A DNA stretch of 63,753 bases, the filler included, from Octopus bimaculoides (lineage: Eukaryota), in assembly GCF_001194135.2 (NCBI RefSeq). It is 3 parts of 3 records of this genome, joined end to end, with 100 filler letters (N's around TTAATTAATTAA, not from the genome) between each part and the next. Parts side by side here need not be neighbours in the genome. Positions count along the whole stretch, not along the records: positions 1 to 28,588 come from NC_068986.1; 2 more parts are not named here. One strand, 5' to 3'. Below are positions 1-14,319 of this stretch, in pieces (the stretch's first letter is position 1; the number at the start of each line of letters is the position of its first letter). The notes beneath the pieces were generated by a model. It was not told where the DNA came from. It did no database searches and was given only the letters and a program-made list of their open reading frames with translations. Both the position numbers and the translations under genes were made by a program.

Positions 1-1654
1 ATATCATATCCTTTAGAATATATGTCTTAAGTGCGCTAATTCCAATTTTTCACAAAATTTGTTTCTATTTGTCGGCATGCTTATGCTACAGGTTCCTTTC
101 ATGTGCTCTGTTATGCACCAAAAATCTGGATATAATTCTATTTCGAAGTAGATTCTACTTTTATCTCTCATTCGAAGTATATTTCAAATCATAACATTTT
201 TATCTTAAATAGAAGATAAATGTCGAAGAAAATTATTATCATTCTCGCTTTTGTAGTACTTTCTTTCTTGAAAGGGTAATGAAGGTACAATAGAACTGAT
301 GAGAGATATATCTGCTCTTACTGTTCGTGCATATGATGTACAGTAAAGAATAAAACTGTGCATGTTTGTGCGCACGCATATGTATGCATGCCTTTCTATG
401 GATTACGTATGTATGCACGTATACATATGTGTATATGTCGGAAATTTAAATTATCTATATACATAAATGGTAATTTCTGTGTGTGTGTGTTTACTAATTC
501 TGCATTTCAATAAAAATCGTTTTCATTTGCTAAAACTTATTGTTTCAATCTCTTGATTTAATTCCCCAGCGTTTCAGGTTTTAAATAGGTAAGTGCATTT
601 TATTTCTCGAGCATTTTCTATTCAGTATTTCATGCATAACTATAGAAATACTGACAATCAAACTAAGTTTATACAAACTACTACTTATATACAAGGTTTA
701 ACTTTTCAGTATACCCCGCTCTTCACTTGCGAATACTTTTGGAGTTCAGATTTGCGTTAGCCTTAACCTTATATATCTTATACAATGTTCGGAAACTTAT
801 ATCAGTCTTTAAAGACTGATGTGGGACTCAATTTACTTAAAGTCAGGACTTCGTATCCACCATTGGGTGGATAAGAAACGAAAGTTAAGATCTGTTACGT
901 ACGCAACGAATTAGGATTTTCAGAAGGCAATGTTTTTATAAAGAAATTTCTGTACATCCTGAATCATGACAAAATATGTATATCGCACTAAAACAATAAG
1001 AACTATCGATAGAATTTAGTTTCTTCTTATATTAAATTTATCTATTTTTGATTTTTGATTTTATATTATTTATTTATTTGCTTACTAATTATAATATGTT
1101 GTATGTGTATATAGTATATCCACAAATATTAAAGACCTACCAATCAAATAGAATCTCTAAACATATATATTTAACTTTAACTTGCTATCACTACACGTTT
1201 CCTTCAAAAAAATATAATGATGACCTTAGTGGAGTTAATTCATTTTGAACCCTGAAGAAAATCAAACCATAAAATAGTATGAATGTGGCAATTTCCTTGA
1301 CATTAATCATGCTTTGGAGACCCCCAACTACTTGTTCGTCTGACAGAAACATATATGTAGGTTCTGCTTACGTCTTTGTCTTAACTTTTTGAGCTTTCAA
1401 CTTCCAATTTATTTGTAATGTGTTTCTTAAAAACCGTCATCTTTCTACAACATGCAAATAAATCAGTAATTACATCAATTTATGCTTCATTTTCTTCTGC
1501 TTGTTTTCAATATTAATAATTTCAGTAATCCTAAACATATCCAAATGACTTTACCATTATATGATACGGATTAAACCAGTGGAATACTTTGGATTATATC
1601 ATCCCTTATGAAGACTTGACTCCATCGAATTAACTGCATATATATATATATATC

Positions 1655-1685
<31 letters not shown>

Positions 1686-1943
1686 TTAAGGAATGGAGAA
1701 AACGCATGTTATAATTGCATACTTTATTCCTACATATGTTTCAAAGGATTACAACCTATGTGATCCATAGGGATCTGTGATGTTAAAATTGTAACCTTCT
1801 CTTCATGATTCCCATGCATTCCCTGAAGAGAAGGTTACACTTTTAACATCACAGATCCCTATGGATCACATAGGTTGTAATCCTTTGAAACATATGTAGG
1901 AATAAAGTATGCAATTATAACATGCGTTTTCTCCATTCCTTAA
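1686..1943. repeat. Near-perfect palindrome: 120-bp inverted arms with 18-bp spacer (probable inverted Penelope-like pLTR fragment)
   Basis: Left arm 1686-1805 is the reverse complement of right arm 1824-1943 with one mismatch (aaaattgta vs aaaagtgta). Spacer is tgattcccatgcattccc. Confidence 0.95.
1818..1903 (+). ncRNA. Minimal type I hammerhead ribozyme (predicted)
   Basis: attcc (stem I) - CUGAAGA core 1823-1829 - stem II g.aaggttaca...tgtaatcctt.t - GAAA 1887-1890 - palindromic catatg stem III - UA - ggaat (stem I partner, 1899-1903). Predicted cleavage is after GUA at 1898. Confidence 0.75.
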
Positions 1944-3199
1944 TTTTTTAAATATACTCAAATACCCAAAATGTCAAGGAGTTTCTACCTCAAAAACAGG
2001 AACTACACNNNNNNNNNNNNNNNNNNNNNNNNNNNNNNNNNNNNNNNNNNNNNNNNNNNNNNNNNNNNNNNNNNNNNNNNNNNNNNNNNNNNNNNNNNNN
2101 NNNNNNNNNNNNNNNNNNNNNNNNNNNNNNNNNNNNNNNNNNNNNNNNNNNNNNNNNNNNNNNNNNNNNNNNNNNNNNNNNNNNNNNNNTATATATATAT
2201 GAATGTTGATGATCAAACAATGTGTGGTATTGACACATGACCACATATGTTTATAGTCCTTTGCTCATAGTACCTTCCATATTCTAGCTATTTTCCTATT
2301 TTACGAAGGATGGTGAAATGCAATGTCGACTTTATCAGGTAATTTTGTGAAGTCAGTAATCTATTCATGTTTTGTATTGAAAACTGATTTTCTTGCCACA
2401 AGGAAAATATCCGTCTCTTCTTTAGTTTTCACTTTTCACTGTGTAATAAAAGAAATGCATTGATTTAAGATTGTTTCTTCAGATATCTATAATATTTATT
2501 GATATTTTAATATATTGCTAATTTCTCCATCCTTTACTCATTTTGATCAAATTTGTAAATATTTTTATGTAGCTCTGAAATTAATGTTGATCACCAAAAT
2601 ATTGATGAACTACTACAGCTGAGTCGAATGATGCAAAATAAATGAATAATGAATTGTTTCTATTTCTGCTTGTTGTAACATTAAATGCCAACGATATTTT
2701 TGGTATGCTATTATATTTCAATGCCTAATAGAAGGAGATTTTTGTCCAGACATGTTCAAACATTTCCTCAATGAAATTGATTAGTAAAGCAAATGAATCA
2801 GCTTTCTACAGTTAGCAGCACAATAATATGGCTAAAGTTGATTCTAATTAAATCTGAACGTAAGTGCAAGGTAAGAGCAACTTTTAACTTTCAGAAAAAT
2901 GGAAACAATTTCTGCAGTGTAAAGACAGTTCTCTGCCGTTTATTTCTCAGATCATGTGCTATAACTTACCCTTCTATCAATGAAGAAGTCAACGCAAAAT
3001 GTTTTCAAATGTACAACGGTTAGTCATAATGTAATGCAAATAAATGTTGCATGACTTTCTAACTCCTCCTCATATTTGCCTATAGCTTATCCAAGATAAG
3101 TTCATGGTATACTTATGGGTTACTTATTTATTATTTGTTATGGAGCAGTGGATTTATTGAATTCAATTTATTTTCAATGTTCTATGTAGAAATACATAT

Positions 3200-3499
3200 A
3201 ACGAAGTGGTATCAAAAAGTTCTCAGACTAGTTCTGTAGCGCTCCAACAGGTGGCAGCATAAGATTGTGTGCGCAGTGAGAGCTAGCAGTGACCTTGATG
3301 AGGTAGTATGACATTGCTGTATTTACTAGGCGAGTTATGGAATTTGTGATTTTGTGAGCATGTGTATTCTATAGCCTGCGATTTTATCATAGACAGGAAG
3401 TTGGAATAAAGAGGCAACGTGACATTTTGCCTTAAACTTGGTAAGCCACCTGCAGAGACATTGAGCATGCTTCGGTAAGTTTATGGCGACGAGGCAATG
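3200..3499 (+). mobile_element. Mariner-like DNA transposon, 5' relic
   Basis: TIR-like start acgaagtggtatcaaaaagtt after TA. From about 3406 it translates E*RGNVTFCLKLGKPPAETLSMLR*VYGDEAM, matching the mariner transposase N-terminal HTH, with in-frame stops. Confidence 0.75.
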
Positions 3500-3676
3500 G
3501 TCCCCCCAACATCGCTTGACAACTGATGGTAGTGTGTTTACGTCCCCGTCACTTAGCGTTTCGGCAAGAGACCTCGATAGAATAAATACTAGGTAGTCCT
3601 GTAGTCGATTTGCTCAACTAAAGGCGGTGCCCCAGCATGGCCGCAGTCAAATGACTGAAACAAATAAAAGCAAAAG
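3500..3676 (+). mobile_element. SINE family B, 3' half
   Basis: ccccccaacatcgcttgacaac...ccagcatggccgcagtcaaatgactgaaaca matches the 3' half of the copy at 58090-58477. Confidence 0.85.
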
Positions 3677-6600
3677 CATGTAACAAACGTTAAAATGATT
3701 TTGGCCTTTTTTTCATATATATTTTTGATGTAAGTACTCCCTCACCGGTTATTATTTTCAAGCGATTCTAAAATATTATTTCCAAACTGTTCCCTAAATA
3801 ATATTTTCAGCGTGGAACAAATTTCTCAAAAAGTAGAATTTTTGATTTGTTTATGATTTACATTGTAGTTATCTCAAACTGGTTTATCCTGGAGTTACTT
3901 CCGGCGCTTTATTAGAGATAATGTTTGCGAATGAAATTAGGCTAAAAGATAATATATTTTGATTTGTGTTTATGGAGTTCTCACATTGTTATTTAAACTA
4001 TATCATTGCAGATGAGAAGTTGGGTTTGCTTAATGGAACTTGCTATTCATAATAGTATTTCTATTTGATTATCGCTAAGTAAATGATATTTAGTAATTAA
4101 TGTTATATTTCAAAATCGTATTTTCTTAAACATATGGATCATGAATGAATTGTTAAAATTTATATCGTATGACGGGGTAGATATAAGGCTATCATTATTT
4201 ATTTATAGAAATTATTCAATGCTGAGTATTGGTTAATTATCATTTAAGCTGTGCATGGAAAATGAAGAGAATGTTTAGTTCATGTAGGCGTCAGGATCCA
4301 GGCAAGTATCTCAAATGAAATATGTTCATAGCCAAAGTGCAATTGCTTAGATAGAATTGAAATCACGGGATGATATACTTTATCTGAAAGAGCAACTGGT
4401 TATATGAGCAAGCCCACAATATTAAATGTGATTGTGTTTAAGAAATTTAATATGTATATGAAGTGTATCTGATAAATAATGGAAGGAAAGCAGGAATAAT
4501 AAATGATATTTGGTGTGCGATCCTAATAGAAACACGCATTTATAAACCCGCGTGCAACAGATATTTGATATTTCTTTCTCTCCCAGCTCCTTCGCACACT
4601 AACTACATTCTAATATTTCCCGACGCATATACACACCGCAACTCAAGAATACGCACTATTGTAAAGGATAATCGACAACTTGAGCTGGTATGAAACCCGA
4701 TTAATGATGCTGCAAGGATTTATATACATAAACGTGCGCGAATATGAATAATTAATCGCTATATTTACATTGAATGGTTGACAAAACGTAGCTGTCACTT
4801 TCTTTTGTATTGCTGATATTGTAATGTCTCATTGCAAGATAGTTGCCAGTGGTTCCGTTTCCCTTGCTTTTAATAAATGTAACATTTCCCATGGGAAAAA
4901 CTTATGATCGGCTAACGTGCCGATATGCATGAGTCACAAAACAAACTGCGAATCTCAAAGTTTTAATAGAAATCAGTATGTTCTTTAGCAGCACACTTTC
5001 AACCTTACCTGGCGTGAATACTTCTGCTCAAATTATATTCGGGAAAATGATATATTGGAATGAATCGTTTGGTAATTTTATATTTAACACCTAACATTTT
5101 ATCAAAACGTTTAACTCGTTATAGCTCCATAAATACAAGAATTTTATATAACTGTTTTACTCTTTATAGGTGCATAAAAGCCAAAAAATAGTTCTTATTT
5201 AGAACTATCACAGTTTTTCTCTTTCGACTTGTTTCAGAATACATTTTATTCTCGTTTATAAAATAAATCGCAGTTCATTAGCTAATAACTGACTTGTTCC
5301 TTTTCGAGCACTGTCTTCTATAATTACTTTTCACAATTACGTAACTTATCTGGTAACCGCCAAACAGTAAAACATAAGTAATTTTTACATACATTTTGCA
5401 GGAAAGGCCTATTACTGTATACTTCTTTCTATATATATCTATTTTTATGCCCACAAAAATGACATTGTTATACAGATTTATTTGTTTTTGTATCTCTTCA
5501 GTGACTGTGCTAAATAGTTAACAATGTTTGGCTTCATCAATGTTGATGAATGTTCATATTCTTCTTAGAGAAGGGTCTTGTTTGACCACAGCGGTTCGAT
5601 ACGGTAACTACTAATTGTGTACATGGGTCGATACAATTGATTATAACTTCTATCGACAAACTCAAAGTTAAGTTAATTTATTATCTCTGTATAGGACTAA
5701 CTAAAATTTTAGAGTAACTGTTATAATAGTCGTGTAGCTATGACTTATATAAGTGAGAACATTTCGTCCGTCGATCGGACAATAGAAATATTTTAATTTA
5801 GTGCAACTGTGCATGTATGGCGACGAAATATACAATTAAATACTTGACTCGAGTTTTTCTTCTATTTGATGAAACTAGAGTCGACTGTGAAAAGATTGAA
5901 ATACCACAGACTGTAACTAACTAAATTCGACTCAGACTCTGTTTCTCCAAATGCAAGAAAAAAATCTCGCAATGAATTAGTTTTAAATGGAAATCAGAAA
6001 AACAAAGTTTTCTCGATTTGATAGGAACCTTCATTTATTCCCATGTTTCAATCAATAATATATATAATTGAAATTGTTACACTTTATTTAACTATGGCCA
6101 GCACCTTATATTTTGAAAGGGGTTGTTTGAAACACGGAACAGCACTATTCCTCATGAAAACAGAATCAGTTTTATTTTAGAATTCGAAACACATTGAACG
6201 ATGTATGTCTAAATACATTCATATATTTAATGAGATAACCCAGCGTTTATAACAATTCATTATTCCCACGTTCATAGAATACTATAGAATATATCAAGAT
6301 ACACATAACATATAATCACTTGGAAAATATTTTAGGAGCTGTGTATATCATCTAGTCGTTAATGATGCAACTGTAGTAATTCAAGTTAATTGGCAAAGCA
6401 TTATCAAATTAACTTCACTTAATGTAATATTTGACTGAAGGCAAATAAGGCATGTGTAGTCTAAACTTGGCTATAATCAAATGCTCCCCATTGTTCAGAG
6501 AACTGAGTGTGATAAAGTTCATTAGATATATTGGTAAAATCAATGACGTACTTAATGAACACTGTCACAGCGGCAGAATCCAAAAATGAAGGAAAAGAGA

Positions 6601-7243
6601 GAAACGGTTTAATTAACAATGATTTAAATCTGGCAAATTTCAGGAAACTTAAAGGAAACGTTTAAGGTTAAAGATATAAAATTGCTCCATGTGTTCACTA
6701 ATTATTATGGAGATAAGGTTATCATGAATGTTTAGATTGTCTGTTTATGTAAATTAGGATGATACTATAGAAAGCCAAGTCTTTATAAAACAATTCCCAA
6801 GAGTTTTCAAAATCAGTATGGAATACATGCATATCTTCTATATGTGCCAATTAATATCAGTGCATAAAAAAATTGATGTGCATTTAGTGAAAGAATATCA
6901 TAAAGATATTTTAAATGTTCCATTCAGAATAAACTTGATAGCTCGTTGATTACATGCATACATATATACATTTATTACAACAGCACCTGTAACAGAACAC
7001 ATGTCGAAGAAAGAAGATTTGAACCTCAGAAATCTCTGCATTCAATAAAACTGGTGGCCTACAATGTGGTTGAAGTGCCAGTACTCATACCAGCATTTGG
7101 GCTGCTTGACAGGTCTCTTAAGTGGTTAGACTAGTGATATGAAAAAATGTTTATGATTCATGAAATGTATTTATATTTGCGTAAAGTCGTTGAAATTAAA
7201 ACTAACAACCCCACGAGAGCCTTGTATTGATGACTAAAACCTC

Positions 7244-7291
<48 letters not shown>

Positions 7292-7329
7292 ACTATCGAT
7301 GCATCGACCATACTATTAGATGTTTTTAT

Positions 7330-7790
7330 ATATCGCTCGTCACACTGCGCTTCCACTTTTTCTCTTGGTTGCGCGTTTGTTCTCAACTTGGCCCAAATCA
7401 TTTAGCTAAGTCATCCTGCTATCGTCAGGGAGGCTTTTGGAGTGTCTTTCCTTATCTTTTGGACACCACACGGTAACTTCACAGGCCAGTCGGATGTCTG
7501 TGACACTTATCCGCTAAACATGTCCAGTTCAGCGAAGCTAGTGCTTTCGGTATTCCGGGATCACATCGTTCAGTCACCTCTGTTCTCGAATAATCTAATT
7601 TCCGGCAATGATATTCCTAACACAGATATTTTCATTGCGGATTCCGTCGTACGCAATCAATATTCTTTCAAAAAAGGACATGCCATCTCCCAAAAATTTT
7701 CACTGCATGTTTAGGAATTGACATTGACTGACCAGGTGGCACGAAAATCAACTGCAAGCTCCTAACACACCTACTATTGGCAGAATACAC
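7330..7790 (-). mobile_element. Old RTE-clade LINE 3' fragment (degenerate)
   Basis: Frameshifted minus-strand pieces (KIFGRWHV, RILIAYDGIRNENICVR, QDDLAK, KKWKRSV) resemble the RTE C-terminal region. The 3' end is near a (TA)n tract. Confidence 0.55.
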
Positions 7791-8152
7791 CGTACTTATA
7801 TCATAAACCATTGATCAGCTGAAGACAATTATGCGAGTTTGGGGCACCATAGCTCCCGGTAAGCCTTAAAATGAACCACTTGCAAATGAAACAGATGCGG
7901 TCCGAAAACTTAGCACAAGACCGAATAGAAGTGGGTAGTAATTTAATTGAGGAGGGAACAGGAGTGTCTCTACATCAGACATAGTGAATATGAGACACGG
8001 GCGGTGAAATCTTGGAGGAAATAAGTTCAGTCAGCTTTTACTCAAATAAGGCCGGGCCAGAGCATACGAGACAGGCTCTTCAATGTTACTGTCCAAATGT
8101 GCTGTTATACCCCCATACATATATACACACGCACACATGCATATACACAAAT

Positions 8153-8206
<54 letters not shown>

Positions 8207-8959
8207 ATAGCATCGACTGCTATTTCCAGTAAATATTAGTGTATTGTTGTACCACTATTCCACGTATATATATACACATATATATATAGATTATTCAACT
8301 TACGTACTTATTTTGCGACTTCCGTTACATGCGACTGCCAGCTTCATACGAAGATACTTATGAGTATGAATTCAAGGACACCATGGTCCTGAATGATGCA
8401 CTCACACATCCCATCTACAGAAACAAAACAACCACGCATAGTACATGCTCCCATTGAAATAAACGCCAACACTTCTGAAGATCTGCACTCAATTCATCCA
8501 ATCATAAATCATCTTAAACCGTCTTAATTAGGTTCATAGTTAAACTTTCTGTCTATCAACTTAAAATATCGCCTGATAAAATGCAAATACTATATCATCA
8601 CTATATTCCCATAAGGATATAACTTCACATCTCAACTGTCTTAACTTGAGAAACTACATAAATCTACTGAATAAGCCAATGAAAAAAAAAAAACATACAT
8701 CATGAAATACGAAAATCAATTAACAAAACACATAAAATACGAACACCAATTAGCAAAAGCAAACCAAGGAACGAACACATATATTAGACCTCACCCACGT
8801 CACCTAATATAAATATACCATCAAGGCTGTGATATATACCCGGCACAAAACCTCGTGCTGTAACAATGCCATACTTCTAAAATTCAGTTTCAATAAGCCA
8901 CACAATCACGAGAATGTTTTGAGCACTCGTCACTCACATGCTCCATACATTTCAATGTT

Positions 8960-8991
<32 letters not shown>

Positions 8992-9384
8992 ACACAACAC
9001 ACACGCACACGCGCACAAACCCAGACATATTGATACAGGCACAAAATTATATATACATGGACATACATAAACATGTGTTATATTAAACAAATAATTAGAT
9101 AAAACAGATCACTTTTGTTTGCCTCATAAGAGCATGTCATCAATCATAACATTATCATGAATATAGAAGAGGGAACTTATTAATAAAATTTAAGGGTATA
9201 ATTTGCATTTAAATATTTAAATATAAAATAGAATGGTATAAAGTAAATTGTAATATAGCATCTTCATGTATGTGTATCATTCTTTCATTAAATAGTGGGT
9301 TGTGGCTTTGGCGTTTGTTATGATAATAAACCACTTCATAACAGAGTTCTGTTCTAAGTCAAAAATAGTATTTCATAGCATATA

Positions 9385-9602
9385 ATATCGGTTTCAAATT
9401 TTGGCAGAAGGCCAGCAATTTCGAGAGAGAGGGTAAGTTGATTACATCAACCCCAACGCTCAACTGTTACTCATTTTATCGACCTCCAAGGAATGAAAGC
9501 CAAAGGCGACCTCAACAAGGTTTGTACTGAGAAGGTAAAGGCGGACGAAATGCCAGTTAGCATTTTTTCCGGTGTGTTAAATATTCTCCTAGCTCGACGC
9601 CT
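9385..9602 (-). mobile_element. SINE family A (tail type 2), diverged
   Basis: Reverse complement resembles ggcgagct...gaaatgc...gtcgactttgcctttcatcc...ggccttgtgccaaaatttgaaac. Confidence 0.8.
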
Positions 9603-9619
9603 TACATGAAATATACTAA

Positions 9620-10066
9620 GATAGCTTTCATCTTTTATCTTACAGCCATTAGATTGCGGCCATGGTGGGGCACAACCACTAAAAATCTTCTACTCCAATA
9701 CTTATATTTTTAATCTTTGTAATTATTGTGTCGTTCTCTTTGTCAAACTCCTAGGTCATGAGGACTTAAACGCCAATACCGGTTGTCAAGCTGTGGTGAG
9801 GACAAACACAAACGCAAAGGCACATAGACACGCGTACACACACATATACATATATACATGCATACACGCACACACATATACCCACACACATACACACACA
9901 CACACACACATACACACACACGCACACACGTATACCAAATCCACTCACAAAGGTTTGATCGGCCTGTGGCTATAGTAGAAAACACCTCTGCAAGTTGTCA
10001 CGCTATGGGACTGAACCGGTATCATATGGTTGGGAGGAAATCTTCAAATCAAACAGCCATGCCTGC
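9620..10066 (-). mobile_element. SINE family B with internal (CA)n microsatellite, diverged
   Basis: 5' half (ccaaatccactcacaa...ctatagtagaa...gggactgaacc) and 3' half (attgcggccatg) flank a CA/TA repeat. Confidence 0.75.
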
Positions 10067-10770
10067 ATGAATATATATCTTTTGTTACAAAAAAGGAATT
10101 TGCAAATTCAGTTAATTTGGATTACTGTATTTATACTCCCATAAGGTTCTTTATTCAGCGTAGGCCGCGTGGCTATTGCACTATCGTCAAGATATGCATT
10201 AACTTACCTTAGTAATATACACACACGCACATACTCAAGCAAACATATGTACGCATATATAAACACGCGCACAGTCACACATGCAGACACAGACAGACAC
10301 ATATATACATTCTTAGAGGCATGTGTGTGTGTGGATATAGAGGTAGATAAAGAAAACTAGCCAAGTTGTTGGAGTATATACACAAACTTGTAGTGAGCGT
10401 TTGCTCCCTGGGCGGTGAATTAAAATCATATATTGATCTAATACTGCAGGTGAGTCTTTGAATTTTCTCAGTCTTTTCTTCCATTCGACTCTTTCGTACT
10501 AGATGATATCTACTTAGGTCAGAGATAGATTGCGGTGGTCTCCGCCAGTTCTAAAGTCCCTAATGCACACACACACACATACACACATGTGAGTGCGCGC
10601 GCGTGTTTGTGTACAGAAAGAGAAATATATATATAGAGTGAGTGGGAATGATAGGGAGATGTATTTGTATATCTCTCGACAAAGGGTAAATTTAGAAACT
10701 CGAATCTTTAAAACTTTACAATTCCATGACAAATAAAAAGTAAGACATTTAAAATACCCCATTCTCTGAA

Positions 10771-11062
10771 GGCAGTGAGCTGGCAGAAACTTTAGCAAGC
10801 CGGGCGAAATGCTTAGTGGTATTTCGTATGGCGCTACGTTCTGAGTTCAAATTCCGCCGAGGTCGACTTTGCCTTTCATCCTTCGGGATCGATTTAATAA
10901 GTACCAGTTACGCACTGGAGTCGATATAATTGACTTAATCTGTTTGTCTGTCCTTGTTTGTCTCCTCTGTGCATAGCCCCTTGTGGGCAGTAAAAAATTA
11001 AGAAACGTTATTACGCCGGGCGAAATGCTTAGCGGTATTTCGTCTGACTTTATGTTCTGAGC
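10771..11062 (+). mobile_element. SINE family A (tail type 1) followed by a second partial head
   Basis: tRNA-like head with box A (tggcagaa) and box B (gagttcaaattcc), body gtcgactttgcctttcatcc, tail ttgtttgtc...gtgggcagtaaa. The head repeats at 11001-11062. Confidence 0.9.
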
Positions 11063-14000
11063 ATGCAAATTTACAACAATGCATAAAATTTTTGAAATTC
11101 GTACGGCGTGCAGGAAAGCGTGACGATCCAAATTTTATTATTAAAATGTTCTTACACTTAACTATTATTTTACTATATAATTTTCGCATGTAGATACACG
11201 TGCATCATGTCTCGGCCATTCAAGCATTTGTATGATTCTCTTTACATGAAATTAGGTAATTCTTAGAGAACGTGAGAATACTTGAGCTGAGCTTTTCTGT
11301 ATATTGATACGGTAAAGATTAAGAAAGATAAACATTCTCACCGCTCAACTCACCTCTGAAATAGTTGTTATTTTCTATTTATTTTATCATAATTTAAACA
11401 GAATTCCGCTAAGATTTATCTTCCACATTAGCGTTTCTATGATAATCAGTATAAATAATATATTTATATCATTTTGTTCGCTTTTCTCACAAATCAAAGA
11501 TCTTCACAAAAATTAAGCTCTAAATTCCTTTGCTTAACATGTCAGACAAAATTTAACAATTAAATGGCTTAGAAAGGCTAAACTTAATCTTAGCAAAATT
11601 TCAATCAACAACACATTATTAAAAAGCACGGAACAGATTCCCAAAGATAATGATGCTGTGCTTTTTTTAAAATTTATCGCCTTCCTTCCATTCTATAATT
11701 ACTTCAAAAGTAAAAGCACCGGCTTGGAAGAATTTTCAGACGTAGGGAAAATGTTCTGCGGAATTTTTTCTCCCTTCATATTCTACCGAAGTCAACTTTA
11801 CTTTCCATTTCTCCTAGGTCGATAAGATAATGTGCTGGGGTGGTTTAATTGACTACCACCACGGCACTGACCTACGTTAAAAATAATTGTTCCCTCAAAA
11901 GTAAATACTCATCTAACTTCACAAATAAACCCTCCCTCTACTTTCTTTTGATGCTAGGACTGGTAGTGGTTTCTTATTGCTTCAGAGTTCTGGCTGCTCT
12001 GTATATGAATCTAACTGACAATGTCATTTTAATGTTAGACACCTTCTCATTAGAAGAGAAAAACATATATATTTATAGCATTCAATTATTATTTTTAAAT
12101 ATTCTACCAATTACTCTGCTAGTTTGCATAGAGTTATTTTAAAAACTCATCATTTACGATATTCTCTGAATAAGCAAAATCTAAATGATGAAGCATTCTG
12201 CTCAGCTCAATAACCATTATTAGCCAAGAACTTTGAAACAAAATATTGATATTTAGACGGAAACTATAAACATATCATAAACTATCTGAAAATACTAAGA
12301 CAAAAGATTGATAATTAAATTGCAAAACACGATGCCGAGTGTACTTTTACGACAAACAAGACAAGAATGAAACTAGGAAGCATAAACATGAGTAAAATTC
12401 ATTAACTCCAATCCCGCCAATATGTTTGCAGCAATTTAACGTCATATTCTCAATAATTAAAATCATAAAATCCAATAACGATTTCCTGACAAATGAGAAC
12501 CACATATTTCGCCAACGCAAAATTTCAAACCCAATATACAAAGTGATAAAACCAATATTTTATACGAAATAGACATGTGATTATAGCAACATCAAAAACT
12601 ACAAAAAGATTTACCATAATAAGTTAAATGAGATATCATTCAACGAGACAAACACACGAGAATTAAATATTGATGATCAAACGAATCTCATATACTGCTT
12701 TCGCTATATTTCACGTTTAAATCTCAGAAGTCATTCCTCTGGCAGAAGTTCACTGTTCTATCATTCCAAAGAAACATCATAAAACTTCAGACTTTGTCAA
12801 GGAGGCTTCTTACTGATGACATTTACAAAACAGGCGTCGTACAGGACGAGAGGGAGACGAAAAAGAAAGGGAATGAGAGGAGGATCAGAAGGAAGGAGTA
12901 GCAAAAAGGTGGAGAGAGAGAAAAAGAGGCGGCAGACGAAAGAAATTAGAAAATTTCCAAAACGGAAACACTTACGACTACCACAATCGAATAGTTAAAC
13001 TAAAACTTTGGTAGAAAGGTTTCAAATCACACATTATCAGACAAATATTTTACTAAATCCCATCAGTTTCACAATGAACAAGTATCAAAGCCCTGAAATT
13101 TGTAAGACCTATCTTGATGATAATTGGAAATAGGCGCATTAGGAATCATGAGGATGGTACAGCAAATAATTACCCAATGCAACAACTACATAGGAAATAT
13201 ATATTATCTGAAATTTCTAGGTCTGGAAGAAGCCGTTACCGAAATGAAGACATTCTTTTTTAGGAACAACCTTCACCTGCAACAGAAGGAAGGAAAGACT
13301 ACACTTATTTTAAACTTTAGATTCGCAATAATCCTCGATAACAATTTCTGAGATATTACCTTAAGTTTAAACAATCATTCCGTTGTCCATATCGTAAACG
13401 AAACACTTTATTCCTTTATTTATAAGTATTTTCACAATTATTTGACATCAAAACCTTTCTATTTGCTAAACGTAACAATAATAAGACGCGCATATTTGAA
13501 TGGGTAAGGAACGCAATCACCCAACACCAACAAAGAACCATTCCTGAATTACGATTTTATAGTTTTGTACTGATACACCGTTGCTACCTTACAATTGAAC
13601 CAATTATATTAATATAAGGATTGGTTCCTATATTTGTGCTTTGAGTAATGTTGATTTCCTACAATTACTAGATACTTCTATGAAGTGAATACAGCTACAT
13701 AAATGCGCGCGTATACACATACACACATGCACACACGTGTCAATTCATTTTTAATGCTTCCATTAAGTGAGTAACGAATATGCGGCTATCAATTACTTTA
13801 AAAGAGAACACTATAACTATTGTTACTTCAGCAACAACATATCTTCATAAATTCAGTGGCTACTACTAACTTCAGGCCATGACAAGAAGAGAGGACGCTC
13901 TTGGAGCCGAGAATTTGAATTTACAGAGACAATATTTACATATCGCTTGAGGAAACAGAGCGAGATCTCATAATTCAGGGAAACAGTTTCACAATCAGAC

Positions 14001-14266
14001 CCTTGCACGCCTGGAGAACTACGTTGCGTAGAAACAATTGAAGTGTCTGAAAATAAATGTTCAACCGTACTCCTACTTGTTGACACCAATTTTCTTCAAT
14101 CATCTATTCACACACAGCACAAGCCAAAAACGCAAACCTAGAAGTACGTACAATAGTACTACTGGAAGCACAGGGTGAAATGTGAAAGACGAGTTTATTC
14201 GTAGCCTATGACGTTCTTCACATGCATATATGTATGTATATATGTATGCATATATATATATATATA

Positions 14267-14319
<53 letters not shown>

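Noticed and set aside
10771-10860. tRNA-like sequence with A and B boxes
   Set aside because: It is a SINE head repeated many times and has no cloverleaf or anticodon arm.
13853-14089. 78-aa minus-strand ORF in unique sequence
   Set aside because: No recognisable homology, non-ATG start and no convincing splice sites.
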